This document shows, piece after piece, positions 24,246 to 36,894 of a stretch of DNA of 64,000 nt. Every line of letters begins with the position of its first letter. The first letter of the stretch is position 1. A program made the position numbers and the translations under genes. Below the pieces are notes generated by a model that had not been told where the DNA came from, did not search any database, and saw only the letters and a list, made by a program, of their open reading frames with translations. Source of the stretch: Mobula hypostoma (taxonomy: Eukaryota); assembly GCF_963921235.1 (NCBI RefSeq), contig NC_086108.1, positions 7,440,001-7,504,000 on the forward strand, read 5' to 3'.

Positions 24246-25399
24246 GCTAAGGGTGAAAGATAAGAAGTTTAAGGGGAAGATGAGGGAAACTTCTTCACGA
24301 TGAGGGTGGTGAGAGTGCGGAACGAGCTGCCAGCACAAGAGGTGCATGCGAGCTCAATTTCAACTCTCAAGGACAGGTACGTGGATGGTAGGAGTATGGA
24401 AGGAAATAGTCCCAGGGTAGGTCAATGGGCACAGGCAGTTTAAATAGTTCAGCATGGAGTAGATGGGCTGATGTGCTACACTGTTCTACGAGCATAATTT
24501 TTCTACAACACTCCCCAGGGCCCATCCATTCACTGTGAAATTTCTACTCTCAAAGCGCAACTCTTCACACTTCATCTTATGGAATAAAGGAAATTACACA
24601 TCCTTTTATATTTTGGAAAGTGTTGATGGAATGTTGTGGAAAAGTTCTTAACAACTTTAAGCCGTGCACTTTCTGCTGACTTCTGATCTCCAGGAATCAT
24701 GCCCACGGGCACCGGACAGTACATCCCAAGAGAGCTTAGTTTGACCCTGGTTAGATCTTGTGAGCATCTCTTGCAGTGAAGCTTTTAATTCTGTCACTAA
24801 AATTCTGTGGCCTGCAATAAAGCCTAAGATATTTTTGCAATGAGATTACATCACCCACAAGTAAGGTCATTTCACTCCCTGGAGAACAAATCATTTTAAA
24901 GCCACAGATTGGAAATTCCCCAAGTATATCTCTCCACCCTCTTAACAGCTATTGGTCTCCAAATGTCTCCAGAATGTGGGTTGGTTTTACATAGGAAAGG
25001 CTCAGGCCTTATCTTTATCTTTGAAGGATCGCAGCTTGAAACGTCCGCAGTTTGTTCACTTCCTCAGAAGCTGCCTGACCTGCTGAGCTCCTCCAGCATT
25101 TTGTGCATGTTGCTCTGGATTTCCAGTGTCTGCAGAACCTCTTGTGTTTGTGAACCTGGTACGTTTACTCATCTCAGGCTGGGACAAGGTTCCAGGGGAC
25201 CCTAAGAATTTTGCACAGTACTGTATATTAACCCTTTCATTCCCAGGATCATTCTCATGAGCAAGAAAGGACCTTTATCTTAACATTACGATCTACCTTG
25301 TCACGACTTTTGCACTGCACTTTCCCAGTAACCGTAAGACTTAATTCTGTTATTGTTTTTTGTTCTTGATGTTCTGACGTGACAATATGATCTGTATGG

Positions 25400-26180
25400 A
25401 TGGCATGCAAGACCAAGTTTTCACTGTACCAGGTACATTTGACAATCAGAATCAGGTTTATTACATGTTGTGAAATTTGTTCAGTTTGCGGCAGCAGTAC
25501 AATGCAATACATAATAAATTGAAAAAATGTGAATTACGGTAAGTATACGTATGTACATTAAATAGGTAAATTAAACAAAGCAGTACAAAAACAGAAAATT
25601 TTTTAAAAAGCAGTGAGGCAGTGTTCATGGGCTCATTGTCCATTCAGAAATCGGATGGCAGAGGGGAAGAAGCTGTTCCTGAATCGTTGAGTAAGTGCCT
25701 TCAGGCTCCTGTACCTCCTCCCTGATGGTAACAATGGGAAGAGGGCATGTCCTGGGTGATGGGGGAGGGGTCCTTAACGATGGACGCTGCCTTTCTGTGG
25801 CGTCGCTCCTTGAAGATGTCTTGGATACCGTGGAGGGTGATACCCATGATGGAGCTGACTAATTTTACAATCCTCTGCAGCTTGCTTTGATCCTGTGCAG
25901 CAGCCCCCCCTCCCCCCTCCGTACCAGACGGTGATGCAGCCAGTTAGCGTGCTCTTCACAGTGTTTTCAACTGTTTCAGGTGACAAATCAAGTACCCTCA
26001 AACTCCTAATGAAATATAGCCACAGCCTTGCCTCCTTTATAGCTGCATCAATATGTTGGGTCCAGGTTAGATTCTCAGAGAAATTGACAACTTGAAATTG
26101 TTCACTCTTTTTACTGGTGATGCCTCTATGAGGATTGGTTTGTGTTCCTTCGTGAAGTCCACAATCTTACTGATGTTGAG
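25400..26180 (-). mobile_element. Rex/Babar-type LINE 3' fragment
   Basis: STLTGCITVWYG motif and 3' region shared with 42400-42950 and 51400-52080. Confidence 0.7.
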
Positions 26181-26183
26181 TAT

Positions 26184-26485
26184 GGGCACGTGGCCAAATG
26201 GTTAAGGCATTGGACTAGCGACCTGAAGGTCGTGAGTTCAAGCCCCAGCCGAGGGAACGTGTTGTGTCTTTGAGCAAGGCACTTAATCACACACTGCTCT
26301 GCGACGACACTGGTGCCAAGCTGTATGGGTCCTAAAGCCCTTCCCTTGGACAACATCAGTGTCGTGGAGAGGGGAGACTTGCAACATGGGCAACTGCCGG
26401 TCTTCCATACAACCTTGCCCAGGCCTGCAACCTGGAGAGTGAAGACTTTGTGGGACATGGCCTCGCAAGACTAACGGATGCCTTT
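26184..26485 (+). mobile_element. tRNA-derived SINE
   Basis: A box TGGCCAAATGG and B box GAGTTCAAGCC, then a non-tRNA body whose 3' half recurs inverted at 38626-38830. Confidence 0.8.
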
Positions 26486-27139
26486 AAATTTGAGTGCAAG
26501 GTTGTTGGTACGACACAACTCAGCTAGCTGGTATATCTCGCTCCTGTACGCCGTCTCATCATAACGGCAATCTGACAATGATAATATCCTGTCTGGACAC
26601 ATAACGGTTTCACAGAAACTGTTCTGCACATGATGATAAGAACCTGCAGAGGGTTGTGGACACAGCTCAGCACATCACGGAAACCAGCCACCCCTCTACG
26701 AACTCTGTCTATACTGCTCGCTGCCTCAGCAAAACAGCCAACGTAGAGCTACGCCATCACTTCGTTCCCCCAGTACTAATCACTGGGGCAGCACAGTAGC
26801 GTAGTGGTTAGCATAACACTTTGTGGCACAGGCAGCCTGGGTTCAATGCCTGCAGCTGCCTGTAAGAAGTTTGTCCCTGTGACCGCATGGGTTTCCCAAT
26901 AAATAAATAAATAGGACAATAATTACAACAGCAGTAATGAACTTTCCCCACCACCATTCTGCAGAGCCTGAAGGTTTTCTGCATTCTGAAGAGTTAACCT
27001 TGCCCAGTGTAGAAGCTGCCTCACCTGATCTAAGTCACTGAGGCTTGGAAAGAGTGCCAAAAAAAAATTCCACCCACTGCTCATGTATATTATCATGAGC
27101 AAACTGCAGCTTGTCTGAGAATTTAATCAGGTCCAAGTT

Positions 27140-27426
27140 GTTTTATTGATTTATTTATTGAGATATGGTACAGAATAGGCCCTTCTGGGCCTTTGAACTG
27201 TGCTGCCCAGCAACCCTCAATTTAACCCCAGCCTAATCACAGGACAACTTACAACGACCAATTAACCTACCAACCGGTACATCTTCAGACTGTGGGAGGA
27301 AACCGGAGCACCTGCAGGAAACTTATGCCATCACAGAGAGAATGTATAAACTCCTAACAGGCAGCGGCGGGAATTGAACCCGGGTCGCCTGTACTGTGGA
27401 GCGTTGTGCTGACCACTAGGCTACCA
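27140..27426 (-). mobile_element. V-SINE/HE1-like SINE
   Basis: GACTGTGGGAGGAAACCGGAGCACC and GGGAATTGAACCC are reverse complements of the V-domain and B box. Confidence 0.75.
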
Positions 27427-28309
27427 TTGAGGTTTAGTGGCTGAAGTCGTAGTGAGTCATTTTTTATGGCTCAGTATTTGAGCAGATCTCCGAGTGAGTG
27501 TGAACCCGGATCAGATTTATTATTGTTGTCACAAAATTTGTTGTTTTGGGTCAGCAGTACAATACAAAACATAAAAAATATTATAAGTTACAATAAGAAA
27601 TAAATACTAAGCATAAAAATGACTATAAGCTCACAACATGTTATGTGCCATGTTGTATGGCATGGGAGATCATGGTCTTTCCATAATTGTTCTTGGCAAA
27701 TTTTTCCACAGAAGTGGTTGCCATTGCCTTCTTCTGGACTATAAGTTACAATACATTAAAAAAATAGATAGTGCGAAAGAGGAATAGCGAGGGAGGGTAT
27801 ATGCACTATTCAGAAATCTGATGGTGGAGGGGAAGATACTGTTCTTAAAACATTGAGTGTGGGTCTCCAGACTGCCGTACCTCCTCCTTGAAGGTAGTCA
27901 TGAGAAGAGAATATGTCCTGGATGGTTAGAGTCCTTCATTATAGTCCTCCAAGACCATAAGATATAGGAGCAGAATTAGGCCATTTGGCCCATCAAGTCT
28001 GCTCCGTCATTTCATCATGGCCGATCCGTTTTCCCTCTCAGCCCCAGTCTCCTGCCTTCTCACCGTATCTATTCATGCCCTGACTAATCAAGAATCTACC
28101 AACTTCTGCCTTAAAGAGTCCTCTGTACTCTTTCAACCTTATTTACATCTTTCCTTACCTACCTACAGGAAAGATGCAAAGAAGGTAGAAAGAGCACAGA
28201 CAACATTTACATGGATGCAGTCGGCTCTGGGGGACCTGAGTTATATGGAAAGGTTGTCTAGGTTAGGATCTTATTCCTTTGAACATAGAAGATTGAGAGG
28301 AAATAGCTA

Positions 28310-28545
28310 CAAACACGAGAAAGTATGCAGATACTGGAAATCCAAAGCAACATTCACATATTGCTGGAGGAACTCAGCAGGTCAGGCTGCATCTGTGGAA
28401 AAGAGTAAACAGTCATGTTTTGGGCCGAGATCCTTCATCAGAACTGGACAAGAAGGGTTTCAACCTGAAACATGGACTGTTTACTCTTTTCCACAGATGC
28501 TGCCCAAACTGCTGAGTTCCTTCAGCAGTTTGTGTGTGCTGCTGT
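28310..28545. mobile_element. Short fold-back element made of two head-to-head Penelope pLTR tails
   Basis: GGAACTCAGCAG...GCATCTGTGGAAAAGAGTAAACAGTC is mirrored by GACTGTTTACTCTTTTCCACAGATGC...CTGCTGAGTTCC; degenerate hammerheads meet at the centre. Confidence 0.7.
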
Positions 28546-29056
28546 AGAAATGGCCATTTCCTTATCGGCAAGGTCCAAACCCAAGGAGGATAGACTCACA
28601 ATAATCAGTGGAACATTTGTGAGTGGGCTGGGGTGATGAGGATAATATTTGCACCCAGAGGGTGCTGTGGGTTTGGGACTCCCCGTCAGATCTGTACTTA
28701 CTGCCCGTTACACCACTGGCAGCAACAAAGGTGCTCCATCTCTGTCTGTACCATCACACTCAGACATAGAAGGACTCTTCATTGCTGTTTCTGTAACAAT
28801 TTTGTTTGACCAGTCAGGGTTGTTAGCCCTGAGCTGAACCCCCGAACCTGTGGGCCACTCCCAGTCAGGCCTCTACCCTTTGGCCTGTTTGGCATGGGTG
28901 ACCCTACCAAGAATGACTCCAGAAAACATAGCTCTCCTGGTTATTGAAGCATACAAGCCTCCAACCCCAACAACAAGGTTGTGGTCATCTTGGCCCAAAA
29001 TATCTACTCTTTATTCATTTCCATAGATGTTGCCTGACCTGCTGAGTTCCTCCAGC

Positions 29057-29058
<2 letters not shown>

Positions 29059-29108
<50 letters not shown>

Positions 29109-29167
29109 TGTGTGTGTGTGTGTATCTGTGTGTGTGTGTGTGTGTGTGTCTGTGTGTGTGTGTGTGT
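29059..29167 (+). repeat. (TG)n microsatellite grown from a pLTR tail
   Basis: Follows CTGAGTTCCTCCAGCATT, where other copies have only a few TG units. Confidence 0.95.
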
Positions 29168-29603
29168 TACAGAAATATGGACTGTTTGTCCCAATCCCAT
29201 CGGGGAGGAGGCTACGTGACATCCACGCCAGGGGCACCAGACTCAAAGATTATTTTCCCCAGGCAGTAAGGCTAATCGGCACTGCCACCCACTAACCCAA
29301 TCCTCCACACCCCCAACCACCAATGCTTTATCATTTCCCGTCAGTCACCTTTATGTCTAGACACTCCTGTGCCTAGCATCACTTTGTGAACGTACAATCT
29401 ATGTGTATAAAATATCTTATTAAATATTTATAATTATTGTCATTCACCATCTTATCTGTGTTCTTTATCTTATTATGTTTTTGTGTGGTGCTCCGGATCC
29501 GGTTTGTTTGTGGTGCTTCGTTCCCCTTCACACGTGTGTGTTGGAAATGACATTAGGCGATGTCGAGCCGGCCGGGAGCGGGCAGGGCGCGGCCCCTTTA
29601 AGA

Positions 29604-29614
29604 GGGAAATCTCC
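29604..29614. promoter_or_regulatory. NF-kB-like site
   Basis: GGGAAATCTCC; the reverse strand GGAGATTTCC fits GGRRNNYYCC; 6 nt from the p53 site. Confidence 0.35.
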
Positions 29615-29620
29615 GGAGAG

Positions 29621-29640
29621 TAACAAGTCTTGGCTTGTCA
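29621..29640. promoter_or_regulatory. p53-family response element
   Basis: TAACAAGTCT TGGCTTGTCA: two RRRCWWGYYY half-sites, zero spacer, both CWWG cores intact, 3 flank mismatches; lies in a CpG-rich patch upstream of the BBC3-like exons. Confidence 0.75.
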
Positions 29641-29649
29641 GACGGGCGC

Positions 29650-29657
29650 TGACGTCA
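29650..29657. promoter_or_regulatory. CRE (CREB/ATF) palindrome
   Basis: Perfect TGACGTCA 9 nt downstream of the p53 site. Confidence 0.55.
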
Positions 29658-29679
29658 GGCCGGAGGGTGACACCGAGCA

Positions 29680-29804
29680 GAGTGGCGCGGAGATTTTTAG
29701 TAGTTTGATCCTCGCTGTCAGCTCTGCGTAGCCTTAAGAGGATTAAACCATAACAAACAAACAACCCGACGCGACCCCCAGAACCCGCTCCGAAAGAAAA
29801 TCAG
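29680..29804 (+). other. BBC3: Probable non-coding first exon of the BBC3-like gene (start approximate)
   Basis: Unique CpG-rich, ATG-free stretch after the promoter motifs, ending in the donor-like CAG|GTTTGT at 29804/29805; the next exon has an acceptor 12 nt before its ATG and so needs an upstream exon. Confidence 0.5.
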
Positions 29805-30183
29805 GTTTGTGCTCTGCATTGTAGTAACACTGCGGCTTCTTCTGTACTTTGCATTTCCAGATAGTGAATTTCACCGTGAACCAGGACCTGCGGCAGATAG
29901 GCAACGCTTTCATCTTAGTCTATTTTAACATTAAAATTTTATTATTTATATGCAATTTTCCATTCCTCCTCCTGTGATAGGCGCCGATTGGCGAGGGGGT
30001 CAAGGGCTCCGAGATATCTCTGCGATGCGCTCCTGAAAAAAAAAGTGAAACTGTTCACGTGAGTTCCCAGTAACTGTATTTTATGAACCGTTTTCTCTTT
30101 TTGTGTACAAGGCTATTATTAACCCCAGACTGCAGAAATATCAGTTTCCCCTCCCCAACCTTCTCATTCTGCCTTCTTCCCCC

Positions 30184-30220
30184 ATTCCTGATGAAGGGTC
30201 TCGGCCCGAAATGTCGCCTG
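30184..30220 (+). ncRNA. Hammerhead ribozyme motif, core intact, stem I weakened
   Basis: ATTC-CTGATGA-A-GGGT-CTCG-GCCC-GAAA-TG-TC-GCCT inside a pLTR fragment (30150-30295). Confidence 0.5.
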
Positions 30221-30524
30221 TTTAATCATTTCCATTGACGCTGTCTGACCTGCTGAGTTCCTCTAGCATTTTGTGTGTGTTACTCTGGATTTCTTTACTG
30301 TTTACTGTTTAGAACTGTGCGTAAATCATATATATATATACCAGATGGATACTTTGTATCCTGTTGTCTCCTGGTTACTTTGTTACTGTATATTTTTTTG
30401 TCTGTAAACATTGCGACTCAGTGTCTCGGAGCAGGGGGTTTGAATGTGCTCTCTTCGGCAAGTGTGTGGGTTTGTGCGTGTTGACAGGTGGCGATCTGGG
30501 GAGGCGGAGAGCGCTCTCTCTGCT

Positions 30525-30770
30525 TTAGAGCAACACACACACACACACGCAAAATGCTGGAGGAACTCATCAGGTCAGGCAGCATCCGTGGAGGGGAAGA
30601 AGCAGCCGACGTTTTGGGTCGAGGCCCCCCATCAGTGAATAAACGCCGACTGTTTATTCCTCTCCAATAGATGCTGCCTGACCTTGCTGAATTTCCCTAG
30701 CACTTTGCGTGTGTGCGTGTGTGTGTGTTGCTCTGGATTTCCAGCATGTGCAGAATCTCTTGTGTTTATG
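30525..30770. mobile_element. Short fold-back Penelope pLTR-derived element
   Basis: AGGTCAGGCAGCATC...CAGCCGACGTTT is mirrored by AAACGCCGACTG...GATGCTGCCTGACCT, with (CA)n/(TG)n ends. Confidence 0.7.
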
Positions 30771-30844
30771 AGCTGCTTTTTAAAGACATCTGGCTGATGT
30801 TGCGATGCGCATCGTTCAGCGGTGAAGTCGATGCCCCGTGGAGC

Positions 30845-30942
30845 CAGCGCAGGGAAGCCAGACTGATACACTCCGTGCACACAGAGCAGGGAAGCCAGTC
30901 TGATTAACGTTGTGGACACAGCGCAGGGAAGCCAGTGTGATA
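30845..30942 (+). repeat. 37-bp minisatellite, ~2.7 copies
   Basis: CAGxGCAGGGAAGCCAGxxTGAT recurs three times at ~37-nt spacing. Confidence 0.85.
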
Positions 30943-31854
30943 AAAAGTAGAGGCAGTTTTAAGTGTTGCATCAGATTAGTGTGCCTCAAACCTGTCATGG
31001 CGAGAGAATCGGAATTTTTAAAGCGAGGATGCTTCTTCAACGGCTTGCGTTTCCCACGCATGTTTGGAAAAAAAGTCACTTGCTGTTACAACAGTACACT
31101 TTGCTCATTGTGTTTGGAGAAAAAACATTCCAGTCGCTGCCTTAACATTTAAAAGTTATCGTTCCATTCCGTCACCCTAAGAAAGGGCTTGCATTTATTT
31201 CTGGAGGCTCTCGAGGCGCGTTTTTTGGCAAAAGGATGCACTTTCGCAGTGCCCCCCTCCCACCCCATTGTAACAAATCGCGATCAGTTCCTATATACTT
31301 TTCCATTGCTAAACGCAACCCGAGAGGTAATTCAGCCCGGAACTGTAGTGGAAACATCACGGTTTTGACGTCTTGAAGTGAAGGTGTTGGCATTTTTGGG
31401 CGAAGAAGTGCGTGCCCGTGTTTGAGGGCAGGGTCGCTTTTAAGTGTGGCTCACACCCCGCTGGAAACGTGGGCGTTTGTTTGCAAACAGTCAGCGGCCG
31501 GGGCGCGCCGAGCGCCGCCTTGTGGGCTGGAGAGGGACTGCAGCGAGCCCGGTCTGAACGGGCAGAGGGATTCCCTCCGCAAACTTCTCCCTCTCTGTAC
31601 CGGCACCATCTATCATCCTCCCCCGTCTATACGACTAGTCCCAATGACAAAAAAAAACTAATATGCCAAGAAATCTGAGATTATTTAAAGAATAATCTCA
31701 AGAGTCCTGAAGAAGAGCTTCGACCCCCAAACGTCGACTGTTTACTCTTTTCCATAGATGCTGAACTGTTGAATTCCTCCAGTATTTCGAATGCGTTGCT
31801 CTGGATTTCCAGCCTCTGCAGACTTTCTCGTGTTTGTTATTTAAAGAATATATC

Positions 31855-32442
31855 ACACAGTGGCCACCTTGTCAGCCAATCATGTGCATGCAGACATGGT
31901 CAAGAGGTTCAGTTTTTGTTCAGACTAAACATGAAAGTGAGGAAGAAACGTGATCTAAGTGACTAAGTGATTGTTGGTGCCAGATGGGATCGTTTGGGTC
32001 ATCTCAGAAACTGTTGCTGTCCTGAGATTTTCACACACAACTTCCCTACAGCAGGGGTTCCCATCCTTTTTTATACCATGGACCCCTACCATTAACCGAG
32101 GGGTCCATGGACCCCAAGTTGGGAAACTCTGCTCTAGAGTTTACAGAGAACAGTGTGAAAAACAGGAAAAAAAATCCACTGAGCTGCAGCTCTGTGGGTG
32201 AAAACACCTTGTTAATGAGAGAGGTCAGAGGAGAATGGCCAGACTGGTTCAAGCTGACAGGAAGGTGACAGTAACTCAGATAACCACACATTACAACAGT
32301 GCTGTGCAGAAGAGCATCTCTGAATGCACAACAGGTCAAACGTTGAAGTGAATGGGCCACGGCAGCAGAAGACCACAGACATGGACCGAGTGGCCACTTC
32401 ATTAGGTACAGGCGATTCCTGATAAAGTGGCCACTGGGTGTG
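31855..32442 (+). mobile_element. Internally deleted Tc1/mariner element
   Basis: Termini CACACAGTGGCCAC and GTGGCCACTGGGTGTG; the internal ERGQRRMARLVQADRKVTVTQITTHYNSAVQKSISECTT resembles a Tc1 DNA-binding region. Confidence 0.7.
32052..32131. mobile_element. 80-bp hAT-type MITE nested in the Tc1 remnant
   Basis: CAGGGGTTCCCA...TGGGAAACTCTG TIRs; imperfect 8-bp TSD CCCTACAG/CTCTAGAG. Confidence 0.7.
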
Positions 32443-33802
32443 CAAGACATGATTTTGGTTTCCCTCTCAGGAAGTGATATGAAGCACTTCCAAAACTTGT
32501 TGCTTTTGTTTTGAATTTCCAGCATCTGCCATATTCCTGCCTGTGATCTGGGTGGTTAGAAGACTCGGCAACGGCCGATCTCTCGTTTTCCAGGCCAGTA
32601 AATCGGGGGGGAGGGGTTGGCTCCTGCCCTGAGATTGAAGCTCGGCAGAGACAGGGATTGATGCATCAAGTGCTGATATAACAAATCCTAACTCCTAATT
32701 GCCAAGAGCTCATTGAGCGAGGGGCAGAAATTGGCAGATGGGGTGGAAAGTGTGGTGGGGGGTAGTTTGAGGAGACTTGGTATATCACTAAAGACTTTTG
32801 CAAATTTCTACAGATGGAGAGCATTCTAGCTGGTTGTACCACCGTCTGGTGTTGGGGGGGGAGGTGGGGGCTGCACAGGATCAAAATAAGCTTCAGAAAG
32901 TTGTAGACTCTGCCAGCTCTTCGGGTCAGTAGCCTCCCCAGCATCAAAGTTCACAGTAAATTTATTGTCAAAGTACATGTATGTCACCACATACAACCAT
33001 AAGATTAATTTTCTTGTGGGCATACTCGGTAAAACTATAGAATAATGACCAAAATAGAATCAATGAAAGACCGCACCAACTCGGGCATTCAACTAATGTG
33101 GACAAGACAACACACTGTGCAAATAGAAAAAGAAAGAAAGAATAATAATAAATAAATAAGCAGTAAATATCAAAAATATGAGATAAGGAGTCCATGCCCT
33201 GAAAGTGAGTCCATTGTCCACTGAGGACATTTACAAAGGGTGATGACGCAAAAAGGTGGCGTCCATCATGAAGGACCCCCATCAGCCAGAACATGCCCTC
33301 TTCTCATTGGTATCATCAGAGAGGAGGTACAGGAGCCTGAAGACACACACTCAATGATTCAGAAACAGCTTCTTCCCCTCTGCCATCAGATTTCTGAATG
33401 GACATTAAACTCATGAACACCACCCCACTACTTTTCCTCTCTTTTTGCACTTCAAATTTTATTTAATTTTTAAAATATATTTCTGATTGTAATTTATAGG
33501 TTTTTATTACTGTTATGTACTGCGATGTTCTGACCATAAGATACAGGAGCAGAATTAGGCCATTTGGCTCTTCAAGTCTGCTCCGCCATTTCATTGTGGC
33601 TGTTCCATTTTACTCTCAGCCCCAGCCTCCTGCCTTCTCCCGGTGTTCTGACTAGTCAAGAAACTATCAAACTCTGCCTTAAATACACCCAATGAATTGG
33701 CCTCCACAGACGCCATCGCAACGAATTCCACAGATTCCCCTCTTCTGGCTAAAGAAATTCCTCCTCATCTCTGTTCTAAATGGATGTACCTCTATTCTGA
33801 GA

Positions 33803-34170
33803 CTGTGTCCTCTGGTCCTAGACTCACCCACCATAGGAAACACCCTCTCCACATCCACTCTATCTGTGCCCTCTGGTCCTAGACTCCCCCGCTATAGGAA
33901 ACATCCTCTCCACATCCACTCTATCTGTGCCCTCTGGTCCTAGACTCCCCCACCATAGGAAACATCCTCTCCACATCCACTCTATCTGTGCCCTCTGGTC
34001 CTAGACTCCCCCACCATAGGAAACATCCTCTCCACATCCACTCTATCTGTGCCTTCTGGTCCTAGACACCCCCCACTATAGGAAACATCCTCTCCACATC
34101 CACTCTATCTGTGCCCTCTGGTCCTAGACTCCCCCACCATAGGAAACATCCTCTCCACATCCACCCTATC
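33803..34170 (+). repeat. ~61-bp tandem repeat x6 expanded inside a minus-strand CR1 3' end
   Basis: CTGTGCCCTCTGGTCCTAGACTCCCCCACCATAGGAAACATCCTCTCCACATCCACTCTAT repeated; single-copy equivalent at 44495-44545. Confidence 0.9.
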
Positions 34171-34504
34171 TAGACTTTTCAATATTCAATAGGTTTCAGT
34201 GAGATTCCACCCCTGCCCCCCAACCTTGGAAGGAGAGAAGTAATGGTGAAGATGACAAAATGTTGAGGTATGTAGGTACCTGAAGTACAAAGGTTTTAAG
34301 TCTATAAGGCATTGGAGCAGAATTAGGCCATTCAGCCCATTGAGTCTGCTCTGCCATTCCATCATGGCTGATTTACTATCCCTCTCAACCCCATTCTCCT
34401 GCCTTCTCCCTGTTGGAAACATCCTTTCCACATCCACGCTATCTAGGCCTTTCATTATAGATTTCAATGAGATTCGCCCCACCCAATTCTTCTAAATTCC
34501 AGCA

Positions 34505-34865
34505 AGTACATTCTTTTATTATTCATTTGTGGGATGTGGGCATCGCCAGCTGAGCCAGCATTTATTGCCCATCCCTCGTTGCCCTTGAGAAGGTGGTGAT
34601 GAGCTGCCTTCTTGAACTGCTGCAGTCCCTGAGGTGTAGGTACACCCACAATGCTGTTAGGGAGGGAATTCCATGATTTTGATCCAGCGACAATGAAGAA
34701 ACAGCAATATATTTCCAAGTCAGGATGGTGAGTGACTTGGAGGGGGACTTCCAAGTCGTAGTGTTCCCAGGTATCTGCTGATCTCATCCTTCTAGATGGT
34801 AATGGTCGTGGGTCTGAAAGGGGCTGCCTTAGGAACTTTGGTGTGATGTTGCAGTGCACCTCGTA
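34505..34865 (-). mobile_element. CR1/L2-group LINE 3' end
   Basis: GSKSWNSLPNSIVGVPTPQGLQQFKKAAHHHLLKG C-terminal motif and AATAAATGCTGG tail. Confidence 0.6.
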
Positions 34866-34879
34866 GATAGAAGGTGCCC

Positions 34880-35385
34880 ACAGCCATCAAGTGCACCATA
34901 CACCTTGACCCTTTCATTCCTGGAATTAATTCTCGTGAACCTTCTCTGGACTCTCTCCAATACCGATACATCTTTTTTTTACATAAGGGGCCCAAAACAA
35001 CTCACAACAGTCCATGTGTGGTCAGACCAATGCTTTAGATATTCTCAGCATTACATCCTTGCTTTGTTACTCCAGTCCTCTTGGAATGAATGGTAACATT
35101 GCATTTGCCTTCCTCACCATCGACTCAACCGGCAAGTTAACCTTTAGGGAATCCTGCACAAGGACTCCCAAGTCCCTTTGAAGCTCTAATGTTTGAATTT
35201 TCTCCCTGTTTAGAAAACAGTCTATGTCTTTATTCCTTCTACCAAAAGGCATGACCATACACTTCCCTGCACTATGTTCCATCTGCCACGTCTTTGGCCG
35301 TTCTCCCAATCTGTCTAAGTTCTTCAGCTGGCTCCCTGCTTCCTCAGCACTTCCTGCCCTTCCACCTATCTCCGTATTGTCCATA
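34880..35385 (-). mobile_element. CR1 ORF2 fragment
   Basis: WQMEHSAGKCMVMPFGRRN...QRDLGVLVQDSLKVN motifs. Confidence 0.8.
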
Positions 35386-35956
35386 ATCGAGTACTGAGGT
35401 GACTGAACCCGATGTCTGAACATCGATTTAGGTGCCGGGCAGGGTGAGGGAGGATCTGGTTCAGATCGCTGCTCCACAGGATTTACTCGTCTCTGCGCTG
35501 AACAGTGAGACTGCCTTGTGGATTCCAGCTCAGGACACTATTGCTTGTGGGTTTATTTTCTCTCCCTGCACATTAGGCGTTTGACAGTCTTTTTTTTAAT
35601 GTGTTCTGTTGGGTTTCATTGTTTTGTGGCTGCCCGTTAGGAGACGAGCCTCAAAGTTGTATATAGTATACATACATCGATAATACTTTGAACTTTCACC
35701 CGGCCACAAAGCCATCAACTCCGTCATCCAAATTGTTTACATAAATTGTGAAAAGAAGTGGTCCCAACACCATTCTCCTGCCTTCTCGCCATAGGAAACA
35801 TCCTCTCCATCTCCACACTATCGATATTCGACAGGTTTCAATGAGATCCCCTTTCATTCTTCTAAACTCCTGTGAGTTCAGATCCAGAGCCACAGAACGT
35901 TAGGCTGTAACACACCAGCAAGTAATTAGGAAGGCAAATTATCTTATATTGTCAGA

Positions 35957-36130
35957 GGGGCAGCACAGTGTGTAGTGGTCAGCACACTTCACAGTAGCAG
36001 CGACCCGGGTTCAATTCCCGCTACCGCCTGTAAGGAGTTTGTACGCTCTCACCATGACTGTGTGGGTTTCCTCCGGGTGCTCCGGTTTCCTCCCACAGTC
36101 CAACGGCTTTCCAGTCGGTAGGTTAACCCC
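35957..36130 (+). mobile_element. V-SINE/HE1-like SINE
   Basis: GGGTTCAATTCCC B box and GGGTTTCCTCCGGGTGCTCCGGTTTCCTCCCACAGTCCAA domain. Confidence 0.75.
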
Positions 36131-36894
36131 CACCTTCCATGTACCCATCCAAACTTGTACAACTGTGTACGTACTTCGATCATCCAAAGTCCAATCCACA
36201 AACCTCATCAATTAAACCTTGCCCAAGACCCAGAACTCCAAAATACATATACGTTACTGTACTACATTGAGATTAATCCTGCAATCACTTTGACCCACGA
36301 CCGTCAGGAAGGAGGTACAGGAGCATCAGGACTCGGACTGCCAGACTGGGCAACAGCCTCTTCCCTCAGACTGTGAGACTGATGAATACCCTGTCACTCC
36401 CGAGGTCTCGTCACTACCACAGCGAGCTGTTTACTGTCTACCTTTGCTGTGCACTACATACATATTCAGTTCTATTTTATTAACTTATTTATGGTATCAT
36501 TTAGTTTTATGTGCTGTGTGTGTGTCTGGCTGAAGGTTGTTTCATTTAGTTGTGTATATGTACAGTCAGATGATAATCAAGTTGGATTTCTACTTGTACT
36601 TGAATTTTCTATCACCTGCCAGCTTGACCTTCTTCCTGCTCCCCTCCATCTCCTTATTCTGGCTCCCCTCTCCTTCCTTTCCAATCCTGACGAAGGGTCT
36701 CAGCCTGAAACTGTTTATTCCTCTCCGTAGATGCTGCCTGACCTGTGACGGTCCTCCAGCATTTTATGTGTCTTACAGTAAATGTGTATTTTTTCTGGTG
36801 CCTTGGAGTTGTGTCAGGTGCTATAAAAATGCACGTCTCTCTGTGCGATAGCAGTAATGGGTGCTGTTTTGATTGCCAACAGGTGGAGAGGAGC

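Noticed and set aside
26184..26255. tRNA gene
   Set aside because: A and B boxes are present, but the sequence runs straight into a SINE body with no clean acceptor stem or poly-T terminator; the same holds for the V-SINE heads.
29004..29295. HT/CV-repeat ORFs (also the RE/SL ORFs at 62901-63177)
   Set aside because: Translations of dinucleotide microsatellites.
30299..30305. FOXO site TGTTTAC in intron 1
   Set aside because: The same heptamer is part of the abundant pLTR tail (GACTGTTTACTC), so one occurrence carries little information.
30845..30942. CRISPR-like repeat-spacer pattern
   Set aside because: Only three repeats, the ~13-nt intervening segments resemble each other, there are no cas genes, and the context is vertebrate; it is a minisatellite.
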